Source: Acidobacteriota bacterium (GTDB lineage: Bacteria > Acidobacteriota > Thermoanaerobaculia > Gp7-AA8). From it: a stretch of DNA of 64,000 nucleotides. Positions within the stretch are counted from its first letter, which is position 1. Every line of letters begins with the position of its first letter. The stretch is taken from contig JAFATB010000012.1 in the NCBI GenBank assembly GCA_019244185.1, positions 96,001 through 160,000 of the forward strand, read 5' to 3'. Positions 62,972-64,000 of the stretch are shown piece after piece. The position numbers and the translations under genes were made by a program. The notes under the pieces are model-generated. The model saw nothing but the letters and a program-made list of their open reading frames with translations, was not told the DNA's origin and did no database searches.

Positions 62972-63736
62972 ATGCCCGATCTGAAGGTCCGCGCCGCCGA
63001 AGTCAACAAGCGTCTGAAGAAACGCCATCCGGACGCGCACATCGAGCTCGACTTCATGAACGCGTTCGAGCTCCTCATCGCGACCATCCTGGCCGCGCAG
63101 TCGACGGACGTGCGCGTCAACATCGTCACGAAGTCGCTCTTCCGCAAGTACCCCGATCCCGCCGCGTTCGCGAACGCGAACCTCGTGGAGATGGAGACCG
63201 ACGTCAAGCAGACCGGCTTCTTCCGCAACAAGGCGAAGGCGGTGATCAACTGCTCGAAGGCGATCGTGGAACGCCACGGCGGCGAGGTGCCGCAGACGAT
63301 GGAAAAGCTCGTCGAGCTCCCCGGCGTCGGACGCAAGACCGCGAACGTGGTCCTCGGCAATGCGTTCGGCAAGAACGTCGGCATCGTGGTCGACACGCAC
63401 GTGACGCGCGTCTCAGGACGCCTCGGCCTCACCGCGAGCGCCGATCCCGTCGTCATCGAACAGGACCTCATGCCGCTCGTGCCGCGCAAGGAATGGACGA
63501 TCTTCGCGCATCGCCTGATCTTTCACGGCCGGCGCACGTGCCACGCGCGCAAGCCGGACTGCGAGTCGTGCGTGCTGAACGATTTCTGTCCCAGTGTTGA
63601 AATTACGGCCGATCGACCGTCCCCTGCTTCGTCCACGGGCCGCAGCGCGCGAGCCGCCACGCCGTCTTCAGCGAGCCCTTCGCAAAGCCGTACTTCACGA
63701 TCGCCTCGCGGCCGTAAGCCGAGCAAGTCGGTCTGA
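62972..63736 (+). CDS. nth: Endonuclease III
   Basis: LPGVGRKTANV, VDTHV and the 4Fe-4S motif CHARKPDCESC...C. Confidence 0.95.
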   Translation: MPDLKVRAAEVNKRLKKRHPDAHIELDFMNAFELLIATILAAQSTDVRVNIVTKSLFRKYPDPAAFANANLVEMETDVKQTGFFRNKAKAVINCSKAIVERHGGEVPQTMEKLVELPGVGRKTANVVLGNAFGKNVGIVVDTHVTRVSGRLGLTASADPVVIEQDLMPLVPRKEWTIFAHRLIFHGRRTCHARKPDCESCVLNDFCPSVEITADRPSPASSTGRSARAATPSSASPSQSRTSRSPRGRKPSKSV

Positions 63737-63911
63737 AGCGGCAGCGCACGACGCCGCGCAGATGCGGCGAGACATGCGCGCGGTATTCGTCGATGGCCAG
63801 GATCGCGCCGCGCGCGGCGAGGCCGCGGCCGTGGGGCACGGCAACGTCGTGGAGAGTGACCGCGGCGACGACGAGCGCGGCCAGCGTCGCCAGAAAGCGC
63901 AGCCGCGTCAT
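63603..63911 (-). CDS. yidD: Membrane protein insertion efficiency factor YidD-like
   Basis: CRFRPTCSAY...KYG..KG...RLARCGPW. Confidence 0.85.
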   Translation of the reverse strand: MTRLRFLATLAALVVAAVTLHDVAVPHGRGLAARGAILAIDEYRAHVSPHLRGVVRCRFRPTCSAYGREAIVKYGFAKGSLKTAWRLARCGPWTKQGTVDRP

Positions 63912-64000
63912 TGTGTCTTCGCGTCCTCCCACAGCGCATCCATCTCCTCGAGCGTCAGCTGATCGATGTTCTGCCCGCGCTCGTGCACGCGCGTCTCCAT
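63908..64000 (-). CDS. mazG: Partial (3' end) MazG nucleoside triphosphate pyrophosphohydrolase
   Basis: ...LTLEEMDALWEDAK* is a typical MazG C-terminus. Confidence 0.7.
   Translation of the reverse strand: METRVHERGQNIDQLTLEEMDALWEDAKTQ

Overview
High-GC bacterial chromosomal window. The gene style suggests Acidobacteriota/Thermoanaerobaculia, but that is inference. It is densely packed, with about 60 CDS and one tRNA-Gln(CTG). Bases 1-15.9 kb form an accessory-type block downstream of the tRNA: lectin-like protein, Zn-dependent dehydrogenase, ArsR/SRPBCC/DoxX, AraC and ECF regulators, two DUF4386-like genes, an MprF-like gene, a diguanylate cyclase and a class III aminotransferase. The rest holds two PilZ-like paralogs around a histidine kinase, slt and mtgA, three YfhO-like glycosyltransferases, a SorAB-like pair, and DNA repair/replication genes (uvrA, PrimPol-LigC, lhr-nei, dnaB, nth). 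It also holds a Ser/Thr kinase, a desaturase and hutU. No integrase, transposase or CRISPR array was seen. The most striking feature is at 41676-42566. One promoter and one Shine-Dalgarno serve two ATGs 7 nt apart, which open two long overlapping same-strand frames: a histone-H1-like tail fused to a catalytically degenerate Doc/Fic domain, and an ORF ending in a Doc-antitoxin-like helix. Two apparent single-base frameshifts elsewhere suggest possible assembly indels. All family assignments come from motif recognition by eye; no searches were run.
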